A stretch of DNA of 62,092 bases, counting the filler, from Sphacelaria rigidula (Eukaryota): assembly GCA_964200075.2 (NCBI GenBank). It is 8 parts of 8 records of this genome, joined end to end, with 100 filler letters (N's around TTAATTAATTAA, not from the genome) between each part and the next. Parts side by side here need not be neighbours in the genome. Positions count along the whole stretch, not along the records: positions 7,776 to 15,450 come from CAXNAA020013832.1; positions 15,551 to 23,224 come from CAXNAA020013833.1; positions 23,325 to 30,998 come from CAXNAA020013834.1; 5 more parts are not named here. One strand, written 5' to 3'. The notes beneath the pieces are model-generated. The model did not search any database and was not told the origin of the DNA. It saw nothing but the letters and a program-made list of their open reading frames with translations. The position numbers were made by a program, and so were the translations under genes. Below, piece by piece: positions 11,891 to 25,179 of the stretch. How positions within the stretch are numbered: the first letter of the stretch is position 1; each line of letters opens with the position of its first letter.

Positions 11891-14224
11891 AACTGAAACA
11901 CTCGCTGAACATAAGTGAAGAAAACAGAAAAGGTAGGATAGACAGAGTAGACTGGGAAAAAAAAAGAGAAGGCTTACCCCCCACACACACACCACACACA
12001 CAGTTGCTGTACGTCACCATAGCACGGCCTCGACGAGCTCATGTACTGCTGCAAGTGGTGATGGTCTCTAGCCATCTATAGGTACGACTGCGAAGATACG
12101 CGCACCACGCACCACAACCACTTGTCCACATATCCTCTTTGGCTACGTTGCCCCCTGCCTTGTTACATTTGGGGCCAGGGTAGGTATGCTGTACCCGAGT
12201 TGTACCGTTCCGATCGTACTACTGTTCTGTGCTGTGCTGTTCTGTGTGTGCTTCATGCATATAAGCTGGGCCGGCCAAGAGAACCGCACTGTATCTGTCG
12301 GGTGCTCATATCTGTTGAACCGTAACGATTCAAGGCAAGCCGAACGTATCACTGTATTTGGTCAGTTAAGGCGATCATGCGAAGCCATCGAGGGTAGGAA
12401 TCCATCCAGGCGGTGCCGTCCAACTTGCGTCTACGTGAGAATCTCAAAATTGTGCCATACAACCTCATTTTACAAAATACTCTTTTGACTCCGTGCGTAA
12501 AAAAGTGTTGTCCACAGAGGTGGCGGCGGCGGCGGCTGTGCTGTTGGTGGTGTTACTGGCAGAGTCGGCATCGTTCATGGTGGATTCCACCAAGGACTTC
12601 AATTCAGAGCCCGCTAGCGCACTGACTGCTTCGACGAGGCAGTTCGTTATGCAGAGCCAAACATAATTCACTCACTATCGAGACATGTATGTCAGCACGG
12701 CCATGTTCAATTTCTGTGGTAGAGCATCTTTCAAAGAAGTGCTCCCTCCCTTCCCCCGATCATTGAGATCCAGTCAGAGTTGGCATCCACTCACTGATCC
12801 TCGAGATATGTCAGCATGAGACCGTTTCTCACATGTTTTCTCGGATTCTTCAGTTGTGGGGCATTTTACCCAGTTTTTGGCCACCAAACAGGGAATATCG
12901 TTGTCACATGTCTTCGGCACTCTGCATCACCCCACCGAGAAGAGTCTAGCCCATGTTTCCAATGTGATTGGCTCCGAGGTTTGGAGGGTGGCCGCTGGAC
13001 AAAAATCTAACTGTACATGAAGAAACACTGGTGATCTTTCTATTTTGAAAAGTTCGTTCTTACACTCTTTCACATCGGCTGGTAATTGATCGAATCAGCA
13101 TGATCCTTGCTCGAAAAAACGAAACGCAATGCCATGGTAACCCCCGCCGTAACGGTCATCAAAGGGGGGAATTCCATTACATCATTCTATTCACACCTGA
13201 AAGCATTACACAACAGTATGGAGAGTAGGTCTATTTATTGACGGAGAACTTGCCGTGAATACGGGAACGGCTTATCGCTTCAATGGGATCCGTCATTTTC
13301 CAGATCAACGACTTTTTGAAGAATCATGGAAAAGTCAGGAAATGCGATAACCGAAGGGTGCACACGTCGCACAGCTCATGACCTACCTAAAATAGCTAAT
13401 CGAAGAGGACTCTCAGATCGCTGGTACAAAAACACAAAATAAGTGACAGCAGGGTCCGAGAAGTCAAAGCGCTAACCTTGCGCTCAGCGTGCTCGGCGTC
13501 CAGCGCTGTGGGAGCAAATATGGGGGGGGGAAAGGGGTCAATCGGGCCAGCTCATGATCCGGATCAGTACACTAACAATAAGAAATATCCAAGTACCCCA
13601 AGAGCTGTCGGATGCGTGGAAGGGTGTCGCGGTATAGTATACATGCGGCTTATCCCAAACATAACTCCACTTCATGTATTTGCCCTCGTATGCACATCAC
13701 ACGGCCCTTTGTACTACTCTTGTGCCGAATAACTCAGCCGAAAACAGATGGATGGCCCCTGCGTTGCCCCCCTCCCCGCAACAGGAGTGCTCATGGCGTC
13801 GCATTTGCAAGTGTTCGTAAATGATATTTTCGCTGATGCTTTCCATTCGTCGTTGAGTTTTTTAGCGAATTGAACTACCCGGATGGAGCGCGATGCTAGC
13901 CGGCTGAGCTAGAAGTGCTGAAACTCCCACCAACGATTTGCATCTGAGTCCATACCGTAGAATGCGGTGTCCACCAAAACGTTTCGAGACCCTGAAAGTC
14001 ATCAGCCAGGAGAGGTGTTTAGAACGGTACAACGGGGGTGGTATCCGACGTACCTCTTTGCAATACTGTGGATAATGACATCGTGATCAAATAGCCGACA
14101 ACGTATCACCCTGCGGTGTCATTGAAGGAGGTGATACCCACCGTACGCGCCGTATACATTGTATTCTACCGTATCACGCAGATTTTTCTGTAGCACTACA
14201 GGATAATGTATTTATGGTTGCCGC

Positions 14225-14520
14225 CGCGCCCCGGAGGTCTCCTCGATACAACTAAAACCAATTTTAGGTCGGAAGATATCAGGTTCGATTTTCCGACGGA
14301 TGCATTTCTTATTCTTTCTGGTATTGTATCTGATTTTCTCCGTCGTCGGAATCGTGGGGACGTACAGTATCTAGCGGAGTTCAGTTGACGAGCGTCGACG
14401 TGATGCGGGAGTGCTGACATGATCCACATCACGAAAAATGAAAGGGGTATGAGGGGGGGAATTTTGTTCGTACTTGTCTCGGGGAAGGGGACGGGTTGAA
14501 AGTGCGACATTTGAAAAAAG
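14225..14520 (+). mobile_element. SINE family 2, degenerate copy
   Basis: gcgccccgg head, ggttcgatt B-box remnant, gatgcgggagtgctgac core and ggaaggggacgggttgaaagtgcga tail. Confidence 0.55.
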
Positions 14521-15450
14521 GCACAGGACCCGTACATGGGGATGATTTTTTAATAAAATACTTCATTTGCGCGAAGCGCGATTATGGCCGAGCGTTCAAA
14601 ACAGGCACCCGACAAATACTGAGGACCCGTTTAAAAACAGCAGAAGAACTAAAACATGGGACATGTCCTGTTTCACTGTACTGCAGCGCAAGCACACTCA
14701 CGTCCGCTGAAAAAGTGAAAATAGCGATGTGAATAAGGAAAAAGTTCAAGTTACCCGCGATTAGTATCCCATACGGTGAAGAAGGAGAGGAGAGATATAC
14801 GTTGACGGGACCTCCTGTCTCTGTCGTCTGTCGGTAGGCTTTAGCTCCGTAAGCCCGTTCTTCCTTTTTTTCATTGATAGGCTTTCCCCCCTTGTTTAAT
14901 GCCCCATTCCAATCTTTTTCTTCATACTGTACAATGTACAATGGGCTCCATGGCCCAACTATTGTACGAAATCTTGATTACATCTTTCAATTCAACGTAG
15001 TTTGAAAATGTAATACACAAAGAAACGTTTTTCGGATCAGACCCGCAACCATGGCATTTTGGAGTATTGAATATTGAAGCCTGTCGTCACTGACGACTGA
15101 CGAGTCACGCCACAGGCTATAGAGGGCGCTTTCAGGCTTTCAGGCAGCTGATACTATGGCTGCAGGAATCGCATGAAAAAATATCGCAATTTTATGTGCG
15201 TTTCAAGCACATTATAAGCTTTTCAACCATTCAAGCCTTTTTTAAAGCTTTTCAAACAAAAGATTATTTCACCCTCAGACGACGAGCGTCGCCTCGGAAC
15301 AGTGTACAGGTTGACAGTCCCGAGACAATCCGGGGGTTTCCAGGGCTCGGGGGGGGGGGGGGGGGGGGGGGGGGTATTTTTGGTTGTGGCTTTGGGGTGT
15401 CCGGTATGCGCGCGCGAGGCGCAAAACCCTCCGCGCGGGGGGGGGGGGGG

Positions 15451-15550
15451 NNNNNNNNNNNNNNNNNNNNNNNNNNNNNNNNNNNNNNNNNNNNTTAATT
15501 AATTAANNNNNNNNNNNNNNNNNNNNNNNNNNNNNNNNNNNNNNNNNNNN
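15451..15550. other. Artificial contig spacer
   Basis: 44 N + TTAATTAATTAA + 44 N. Confidence 0.98.
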
Positions 15551-17786
15551 CCCCCCTTTTGGAGAAAACGGGCCCCCCCCCCCCCCTTTTTTTTTAAAAC
15601 CCGTAAAGGGAAAACCCCCCCCCCCCCCCCCCCAAGATGTCAAATCAGAATGTTCGGTTTCCCGCAGGCCTATGGTGGCGTCGCTCAGGCGCAAATACCA
15701 TATTTGTTTCGCACGTTCATATACTGTTTGCAGTATGCCAAGGCACGAGCGATGCTGTCCTGTTTCGTCTGCGACAACTACCGTATTTGTACATTGCACT
15801 GCACACTCTACGGTTGCACGGTATTACTCACCCAGTATTTGCTTCAAGGATATCCGTTAGTACGGCACGGTACGGTACGGTAGGTTTCTGCATTGTTCTG
15901 CACTGGTGCTACTCCATCGATTACTTCGTCGGTACTTTGCTGGGATATTCTTTCGTGCCGCGATGTTACTGTACATGCTATTGACACAGAAGCACCCCGT
16001 ACTACAGGCTCTGCTCTGCTCTGCTTCATGTTGTGCCGCGCTGTCCCAAATTACAGTAGGCTACGATTCAATTTGACGGGTACTGCTCAAGGAGCGCACC
16101 GGAGTACTTGACTGTCCGTTTGAACATCTTCACTGCACCTGATATCACAGGGTGTGTGCTTGACCCACAAATACCCATGCTATGGAGCGTGTTACCTTCA
16201 CAGTTGGTGCGTACAACGAGACTTACTGCGTGCTGCCGTGCTGCTCATGTCGGGAATTCCGACACCCGACCAGGACCTTGCAAGCAGACCACCGTCCCAT
16301 AACCACAACAACCGCAAGCGCTTTTCAAGGATCATTCGAGAGCCTGCAGTAACCTTAGAGCGTTGGTCAATCCAGGCGCACCAGAGGCGTGTCCGATCCC
16401 ATGCAGCTCTGGTGCACCTGAGAAATGACCGAAACTCTGAGCCTACTCCTGGCTCTCAAGTATTTCTCTTGGGAAGCGCTCGTGGTCGACGTGGTTGTCG
16501 AACAGCGGCCTGCTTGACTGTTCCTGTCGGGTCTCAGGGCGCCTGATATCAGCAGTACCGTAGCACACCGTGACCCTCTCATCGTGCGGAAGAAATGTGA
16601 AGGCAAGACGCTGCATAGCACGAGCATTTTTGGGGCACTACGCACTCGCCCAGTGATATCAGATGCACCATAACGGCCGTCATGCGGGCAGTTGGGTACT
16701 TCAGGGCGCTTCTCAAGTACCCGTTGAATTGTAGCTCGTTGTTAGTTGTTAGTTTGCTGCAAATTCCCGTACGGTGGCTCGTCGTCGTGATTCCTGGGTC
16801 TGATACACATGGAAGCATCATGAGGGCATACGCGTAGGCTTTTGCTTCTTACGCCTTCGAATAATTCGCAAATATTATGCGTCCTTGTCTCGGTATTGCA
16901 CTCTAAAATCAAGTAATTGTGACGCCTCGACAGGGTTTCCACTTCAAAATGACCCCACTTTTGAACAAGACGCATATTTGTTTTTTGGAAAGAAAAAAAA
17001 CGCAAAAAAAGCAAGTGCCTACTTATGATGTGCTGTAATATACATGACAAATTCCGACGAGTTGCGGGACGCAGAGCGCGAATTTTGAGACTTGCTGCAG
17101 GCTGCCTTCGCTCGTAGCTGCGTCAGATCCCTTTTATGTAGCAGGATTTATCTCACGTGGATTGGCACCTCGTTGTCGTAACTACCGTGGACATCACTAG
17201 TGTATTAATCGTTCAACTGGTCCACTGATACGAGGTGAGGTACGCATCAACGGTCATCATTCTCCAATTCGTGGGAGCGTTCGTCAGGTGTGTAGGTGCC
17301 GGGGTGGGGGGTGGGAAGTGGTGGGGAAGGAAGGCTTCTACTCCGCTCGCTCCGCCTATTAGACTCATCTCGACAGACCCGTGGGCTCGATAAGGAAAGC
17401 AACTCATTTCTCGCCTGGCTCTATTTGTTCATAATCGTCATCGTAAGAGTCAATGGACCAGCATATTCCCGCAGGCCATCAACTCAGATCAAGCGTTGCA
17501 TGCTTCAATTCCCAACTTATGTCCTCACGTTTTCAAACAAAACAGAACAAAAACGTCGTAACAAATGTCGGGACTCGGATCCCCGGACTCCACCCCTCGA
17601 GACTCGAGTCGACGTGCCAGTTCAAACCCCCACAGTAATGAAACAAACCAGGGTCCGGATCGTCCCACATTTGTCGCGGGGAGTACGGAGCTGGTCGAGT
17701 CTCGGCATAGAGATACTGAATCGGCTCTCACCGACTACGCTAGAGAGGCCTCTTTTTCCCCCGTGGATCCTAGTATAGAACAGTTT

Positions 17787-18680
17787 CAAGGTTGTGTTCT
17801 GTAGGGTACGGTTCTCTGTATACCCGGGGTGTTTTCCCGGGTATTTACTGTGTATGTGTCGTCGTCCCATCTATTCTGGACGCCAGTCTACACCTTTTGG
17901 TATATGTGGGCGCACCAGCCGGAGTCACACAGGAGGAAGGTCAACACAGGAGTTTTTCATTTTATTTTTCTGTTTTTGGCATCCCATCTTCCTTTTGCGG
18001 TGCTTGCCTTTATTTTTTATCGCCAGTGGGGTTCAGCATTCCCTTTCCTTCGTCAACCGTTGAGTCGAATTTTGTGTACCCACGACATAGTCGCTCTCCA
18101 CTGTTGGGTTTGGTGTGAGAAAAATGCCAGACTGCTCCAAGATTTGAACCAAAGACCCAACTGTCAGAAGGTTTCGATGTTACCCACTGAGCCACCGGCG
18201 CGACCTCTACCCGACACTTTCATACCGGTACCCAACAGTTCTGTAAACTCTGTAAGACTTTCGTACCCTTATCCGGTAGTTCTGTGAGTACTGTGAGCCT
18301 CCCCGTACCGTAACCGGGGGCACGGGTATGCTCCTGATAATATATCCGGTTGCGGGTACGGTTTTCTGTGGAGCCTCCATACCCTGCATGAGTTTCTGTG
18401 AGTTTGTGCGCCTCCCATACCCTTGGCCGACGGTACTATAAGTTTGGTACACAATGTATGCCCGTATCGGGAGTACAGGTATATGCCCTCAAAGAAATAC
18501 CCGGTTGCCGGTACGGTTTCCTGTAAGCCTCCCATACCGTACCCGACAAGTTCTGTAATTTATGTGAGACTTTCAAACCGGTACCAGAAAATGTTGTGAT
18601 TCCTGTAATACTTTGATACCGGTACCCGATATTTTTGTAAGTTCTGTAAGACATCCCGTACCCTACAGAACACAACCTTG
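17787..18680. mobile_element. Non-autonomous TIR DNA transposon (hAT-like MITE) with nested SINE
   Basis: Perfect 25-bp TIRs: CAAGGTTGTGTTCTGTAGGGTACGG (17787-17811) and its reverse complement (18656-18680). The CAAGG terminus fits the hAT YARNG consensus. Internal ataccggtaccc...ttctgtaa subrepeats at 18220-18650. No clear 8-bp TSD. Confidence 0.75.
17849..18205 (-). mobile_element. tRNA-derived SINE family 1, full length, nested in the hAT-like MITE
   Basis: A box TGGCTCAGTGGG, B box GGTTCAAATC, conserved body (gtcacacaggaggaa) and CA-rich tail. Confidence 0.8.
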
Positions 18681-20089
18681 GGAAGCTCGGCCAGAGCATA
18701 ATCGGCAAGAGCCTAATACTGATAATGTTTCATAAACGAGAACAATCATTGTGATGGAAGCTCAACCCCGACGATAACCAGGATGGATTTGGTTTTCTGA
18801 GTATCGCAGCCGTTAACGACTTTCAAAACCGTGCGTATTCAAACAGATGACTCCTCACCCTGGCGGGTCAAAGGTCCAAGGGGTCAAAGTTCGAGACAAA
18901 AGAATTCGAGTACGAACTGGGCCCAGCCTGAAATAGATCAAATCTCCCACAGCCGTATCTCATTGATGAAAGTTTTACTTCGAAAGTCCGTATGGACTAA
19001 CTATCGAAAGGGCATATTAAAAAGCAAGACGCGTGGACCATAATTTGTTTCATCATATTCATAATCCAAGAGATTTTTTTTGTCAAAGTTTCATGTTTCC
19101 GGCCTTCACCTCAGTTTCGCAGCTCGGTTTCTAGAGTTGTGCTTAAAAAAAATGGTATGGAAAATCGCAAGGACAGAAGAAAAACGAAACTGCATCGACC
19201 ATGATTTTTTTTCCTGGGTTACGGACTTTCTCGTGGGAAAATGATCCTTTCTACACAAAAAATAAACAGCATTCCGCAGATTTTTCCTTCATTACTATAT
19301 GTCAGATACACCCCTACGCTTCTCCACGCCAAATTTCAACGCATAAATCTTAAAGTCAGTTGCTGAATAAATGAATGGCTTGCAACACATAGCTCCGATT
19401 GTAGGCTGGGCAAGCCTGTAAATCAGTGATTCACGTTCACCTCAATTTTGAAAGTTACGATCGAAAAGTTGGTATGGAGAACCGGCAGGGTATAATCACG
19501 AAATTTTCCCACCCTGCGATTCTACATGAGCAAGGGACACTTGATCAAAAGTGAATATTTTGCTTTGTCATCTACTCGTGGAAAAATAAAAACAAATCTC
19601 AGGATGGGAAATGTCTTCCTTATTGTGCTCCACGGATTCTCGTTATAAAATTTATAATTGCAACTCCCCAAGTTGAGGTGAGGATCTGCCTGCAATCTAC
19701 AGATGCGCTTCTAGGCTGGCCCAGATCGCACTCTTCATGTCGACAATCTCTCTCTACTCATCAATTATCTACTTCCGGTATCTCATCATATACAGTTATT
19801 ACGGAGATCCTCGTTCCGGACCCAACATACTAATTAATGGCAACTGACACTGAGACACATAATACAGTACACGATTTCAACTCTATTTGGCATCATAAGG
19901 TTGGGATCCCGTACGATGAGCTTACTACCCCTGATCATGCCGTTATGCGAGAAATGAATAAATCATGAGTAAACATATTACTTCAGGTTTTCTCAGACAT
20001 TATTTTTTCTCCGCCCGCCCGCCCGCCCGCCCCCTCCCTCCCGACGATTGAACAAAAAAACGGAGGTACCCGACGAATCGTTCACGCAC

Positions 20090-21768
20090 CTAATGGCGTA
20101 GTAATAGAAGAAGTCTCCCATAATGATGACGTGGACGAACTGCGTCAGCAGCACGAACACGCCCACGGACTTAGACCCCGAATGCCCGGTAAGCTCCTTG
20201 TAGCTGAATATCCAAAACACCATATCCATGACGCGCGCAATTCCCACCGCGAACGTCGTGTGAGTCACCTGTTTTCATATCGTGTCGTTTCGTTCCAATT
20301 TTTTAATTTGTCATCTCGATGCCAGCGTGTGTGCGTGTGCGTTCAGAAAAGACTCAACAACAGCAACAACAGCAACAGCAGCAGCAGCAGCATGACAACA
20401 AATGAATATGTGAACGGCATAGCCATGAACAGAGATGCGGCTCATTCTCCTTCCCCCCCCCCCCCCCCCCCCCCCCCGCCGCCCCCCTCCTCCCTAAGCC
20501 AGCAGACGCCGCCACCCCGACCCCCGCCACCACACACCCNNNNNNNNNNCGACATTCAAAAAAATTAAATTGTGACGGGCAGCTCCCAGAAAAAAGAGGC
20601 GGCCCTTTTTCCCCCCCCCCCCCCCCCCCCCGCTTCGGGCCGAACAATCTTATCGATAGTAGGATGCAGCTCTCACTGGCCCAGCACATGACGGCGCATC
20701 GCGCTTGGAGATTTATTGCGAGCTTGGTCCGGCGAAGAGCCAGCGTCCTCCGTCCCGGCTTTGTAGGGATGCGAGGTCAATGGTAATATGATTACGGCAT
20801 GAAGAATCATGAGTATGACGCATTCAAATCTTTCAACTCCACTACATTTGCTTATTTCTCCCTTATGCTTTCATCATGATTTGAACACGATGTCTAATTT
20901 TTCCTCAACACGGTCGACAAGTATCAGCAGCAAGATCATGCCCGACTCACCAAGACCTCGACTATGCCCCTGGCCTGCTTCTGGAACATGTACAGCTGCG
21001 GTATGATCGCAAGGCTCTCCAGGTACATGGAAAACGTCCATGCTGTGTCCGACAAAAAGTGCCTGTTCAGAGAAGGGTGCACCAGCTGCACCCCCCCCCC
21101 AGGAGCAACAAGCACAAGCGCGAAGGGCACAAGACAAGCCGAATACGGAGCAAATAAACAAAAACATTGTGTGTGTGTTTTCGTCCCATATAACCTGGAC
21201 GCCTACTGTATACACCTTCCGGTGTATGTGGTGAGCACATCAGCCAGGGTCACACAGGAGGAAGGCCACACACACTCTTCATCTCTTCTTCTCCACCGTC
21301 CTCTTGTGATGCTTGCTTCAACTCTAACTGCTGCGAGCTTTTCCCTCGTCGATATTTCTCTGTCGAATTTCGTGTACTCACCAAGGAACCACTTTCCACT
21401 GTTCATGACATATTTTGAGAAGAAAAAAAAAAACAGTTCCTGTGACTTGACTCCACCCAGGATCGAAGTCACGACTCAACCTTCAGAAGGTGTTCGAGGT
21501 TCATCAATTGAACGACCGGGACGGCCGCCTCATTATATCAGTGTAAGACAGCAAGACGGCGGCGGCGACGACGACAATAACACGTACCACGGCTAGCAAA
21601 AGGCAGGGGGCGACGATGTACACGATCCCAAACTCGGTCGGTATATGCAGCGCTCCGAAAGAGTCAACATCCTTCTGGTAGGTAGTCTTCAGCTGAGTGG
21701 TCATGAGAATCACGCAGGCCGTCGAAAATGCCAACGCAAAAAACTCCGCCACGTGGTACACTCGATCT
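20090..21768 (-). CDS. ERD2: ER lumen protein-retaining receptor family (ERD2/KDEL receptor-like), partial, 3 internal exons
   Basis: Exons 21588-21768, 20951-21085, 20090-20268 with GT-AG introns and consistent phases. Family motifs LKTTYQKDVDSF, VAPCLLLAVLVHPSLN, AWTFSMYLESLAIIPQLYMFQK and MGDFFYYY. First and last exons were not located. Confidence 0.9.
20632..20815 (+). repeat. High-copy interspersed repeat family X, partial (in ERD2 intron)
   Basis: gcttcgggccgaacaatct...gcgagcttggtccggcgaa...ccgtcccggctttgtag...atcatgagta matches 25180-25490. Confidence 0.7.
21168..21527 (-). mobile_element. tRNA-derived SINE family 1, diverged copy in ERD2 intron
   Basis: Collinear with the other copies (ggtcacacaggaggaagg, ttccctcgtcga, tcagaagg...accggg). 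Confidence 0.7.
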
Positions 21769-23224
21769 CTGTCATTGAGAAACCAACGCATGAAAGATGA
21801 CGGATGAGCACCGGGGCGAAAAAAAGAGTAGTCAGCAGCAGGAGGGTGGAGGCGACGGAACGGGACGGGGATTCCACGGTACGGTTTGAAAAAAATCTCA
21901 AATTTGAGCATTGTAATACTAGTATGTATCGTTCACGAGCTTTTTCGCACAAGCTTCACTCTAGAGCATGACTGCACCACCCCCCCCGCGCGCGCGCGCG
22001 CCCCCCACAAGACTGCTATCTGCAAGCCCGGTTCGTTTCAATACTCACGTCCAGTACCTATCCCTCACCTCTCAATACGAGACACTGTTCCGGTTCTTTC
22101 AGAATTTTCTTGCTGGCTGCAAGCTCACCACGCGAGTCCCGGAGAAAAACCCGTCAGCGAAACTACAGGTGAATATACACGAGTTCGTATCCGGACCATG
22201 CCATTATGAGAGAGGTGCGAATGCCGTAAGCAGTGTTGTTTCCAACCGTGGCTGATCAAGATCGATAGAAAATCACCATCAATCACCACCACCTTCATCC
22301 GCCCCGATCTCCGACTCCCCATGGACCACACCACACCCCGGACAAAAAATTATTTTGTAAAAAAATTACTGCGTACAGTGCCTGTTGCAATAGGCGCAAT
22401 AGTCGATACTGTACGCAGTACACTTTTTGACTGTGTATCCTTGTCCAGGGTATGGACCACACACGGCCTAGCTTGTCCCCTTGACAAGAGACCTACCTTC
22501 CAACACAGAGAGGAAGTAAGTGCCGCGTAAAACGGCCATCACCGCGGGATGACTTGTAAAACGCCGTTTTGAGTTGTTGTTCTTGGTTGATACCGTCAAC
22601 TATTTTCACGATACTGATGCGGGAGCAGCGAGCCCAAACACTTTTGTTTTTTTCTTCCCTAGGAGACAGGCAGGAAGGTTCTCGTGCACTTCGCCATCTC
22701 TGACTTTCACACAGCGTATTTCACCACCAAAGTGGTTGCGCTCCACTCCCCCGCCTCCTTAGCGCCTGCTCTAATGCAGACTCGTCACAATGGTTGTTCG
22801 GTGTACGAGAGCACAAACATGGAACTTCGAACAAAAGGTCTCGAGCAACGACCTGTGGGGTGTCTATTTGTATAGTAACGTATATATACGTGCATGCAGG
22901 CCTGCTCGGGGACCAAATTTCGACCTGACATAGGGATAAGTGACGTCATCTACTCTGAGAGGAGTGATACGCTTCATGCGCTGTACATGACATCTTATAC
23001 AGAGGTGAGTGGCCCGAACATGAACCGTCGAATTGTGGACAAGGCGGAGTTTGTCATCCCAACGTTACTTCCCGTGGCCTTGCGGGGAGAGGGAAGGGAT
23101 GTACTCATGATCTTGCATGCCATAGCGAATAGGTCATCTGAATACTTCGTCTACGACGTGGGGTTGATTACCCCAAACCGCCCCCACTCCCCCACAATCC
23201 GAACGCACGGCACACGAAAAAACA

Positions 23225-23324
23225 NNNNNNNNNNNNNNNNNNNNNNNNNNNNNNNNNNNNNNNNNNNNTTAATTAATTAANNNNNNNNNNNNNNNNNNNN
23301 NNNNNNNNNNNNNNNNNNNNNNNN
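23225..23324. other. Artificial contig spacer
   Basis: 44 N + TTAATTAATTAA + 44 N. Confidence 0.98.
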
Positions 23325-25179
23325 ACAGCCACGGCTTGTACACTGCCTCATGGGTGCCCCACCTGTGAGAAGGAAGGGAAAGTAGGAGAGAAGAACAAGG
23401 AAATTACCAGAGAAAGATCTGGATCTACTACCGGTCCTGCGAAAAAAAAGTGACAGGCCCCTACCAGGGGCTTCAGGTCAGGCGGCCGTACACGAAGCAT
23501 TGCCGTGGAAGCAGACTGCGACTCAGCTATCTGGAGACATCACATTTTGGGCAGGAGCTCTCTATGATGGCGGGTAATTTTCGGGGCTGGGTTTTGAGGA
23601 GCGGCGCATAGCTCGTTTTTTTTTCACGCACACGGAAAAACAGTCTGTACTGTATTGTCCTACACCATCGAGGAACACCGGGACCTTCCGAAGAAGATCT
23701 TAAAGAAAGATTTGGGGCTGTCTTGCTTATTCCTTATTAGTCAGTCTAAGGCCCTGTCTTGACACGTTAGTTCTCGATGCAACCCCGAGGTGTGAGCATC
23801 ACATTTACCGGTGCTTCAACAGCGGAAGACTAGTAATTGATCGATTAATCGGCTGTTCGGCTGATCCACGAGGTATAGAGCCACGGTCGCGAGATAGACG
23901 TATACCCAGGGTAACCAAAACATCAAGACTCGCTGAAGGAGACTCAAGAAAGGGAAAATATGAAGGAAATAGGACAAGAAAGAGTAGACTGCAAGAAAAA
24001 AACTAGCAACGAAATAGTCCAGAACAAAGCAAAAAAACACGGACAACAACACAAAAGGAAGGAAGAAAAATAAATTAAAGAAGAAAAAACCGGGCAGAGC
24101 ACCGAGATAAATCGAGCAAGGGTACCAGTGAAACAATAATATTAACAGCAATGAATAAAAAACAAGAAAAATGGCCAGCCCCCCTTCCATGAATTTCAGG
24201 TAGGGAGTTATTTTCGGATGAAAATCGCATGGGAAGCGTACATCTCCGCTGGATCGTTCTCCACCAGGGTATCAGAATTCAGTACTTAATTACTTGACAA
24301 ATCAGCCTCAAGCTCGATCAGATTGTCTTCCCTTCATCTCAGCCCGGATAGAGCATCTTTCCTCGACCTGGACGTCCCGAGCCACAGCTCAAACGTTGAT
24401 CTCAAGGCCCATTTGGTAACCCGCACCCGAACCCGCATCCGAACCCAACACCCACATCAACGGAACCCTGAACGGTTCTAGTAGCCCTCGGGAAGACGGC
24501 GGGTTCTTGCGGTTGTGGGTACATTGGGCGAACACAACTCAACGACGATTGGCATTGCATTCGCCGAGGCACCGGCATACTTCTTGATGCAGTGGTAATG
24601 CGGAGTGTCGGCGCCCGTTCATGCTGCGCATTCGTTTCTATCGCCCCTGACGGTCGTTCTTAGGAGTGTTATAAGAGAGTCAAGTCTGGAGAACCGTGTA
24701 AACCCCGACAGTCGCTACTATCTTGATTTCAAAGTCGCTGTCATTTTTAGCTGCAGCATCATATATACTGTGATGATCTCCATATTTTCGAAACGAGTAC
24801 GATCTATACGTCATTATTTGCTCTCAAATGCAGGTAAACAGCTGGAAATGCTGCGTCTCTTCTTGTCCAGTGGTCCAATAGTCCCGTTTCATCTCAGGCA
24901 CACCATGCGTGCAACGTTTTTGCTATGCCTGTACGTCGCACGGCATCACTGTTCTATCATCTCCTGTCTGCGAACTTACGGCGTGGCTGGTACCGATGCG
25001 TCGTCGCGCTAACGAGGCAGGCGGGAACGCGGTGCCTCCCCGACGCAGCTTCGCCCATCACTGGAGGGCTGGGGCTCAGCGGTAGCGGCAATCTCCGGTA
25101 CCATACGGGAGAGCCGTACGGTCGCCTGGAACGCGAACAAGGTGGCGGTGAGGGTGTGTTCTTTTAACTTTTTCGCCTT

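Noticed and set aside
12465..12671. Ala/Thr-rich ORF as a Sec5 or transposase exon
   Set aside because: On a different contig from Sec5, no convincing splice pair and no recognisable motif.
13975..14035. Hammerhead-like CTGATGA...GAAAC on the minus strand
   Set aside because: The G10.1-C11.1 pair is missing and stems I and III are very weak.
15349..15633. Poly-G/poly-C tracts as G-quadruplex elements (also 20452-20631)
   Set aside because: They sit at contig ends or an N gap with homopolymer-like noise typical of low-quality read tails.
22125..22334. DGDFLSILIS ORF as the ERD2 N-terminal exon
   Set aside because: The downstream sequence does not continue as a transmembrane ERD2-like segment and no suitable splice path was found.
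24415..24475. Telomere-like AACCCG/AACCCT hexamers (also 51945-51980)
   Set aside because: Short, degenerate and internal; not a telomeric array.
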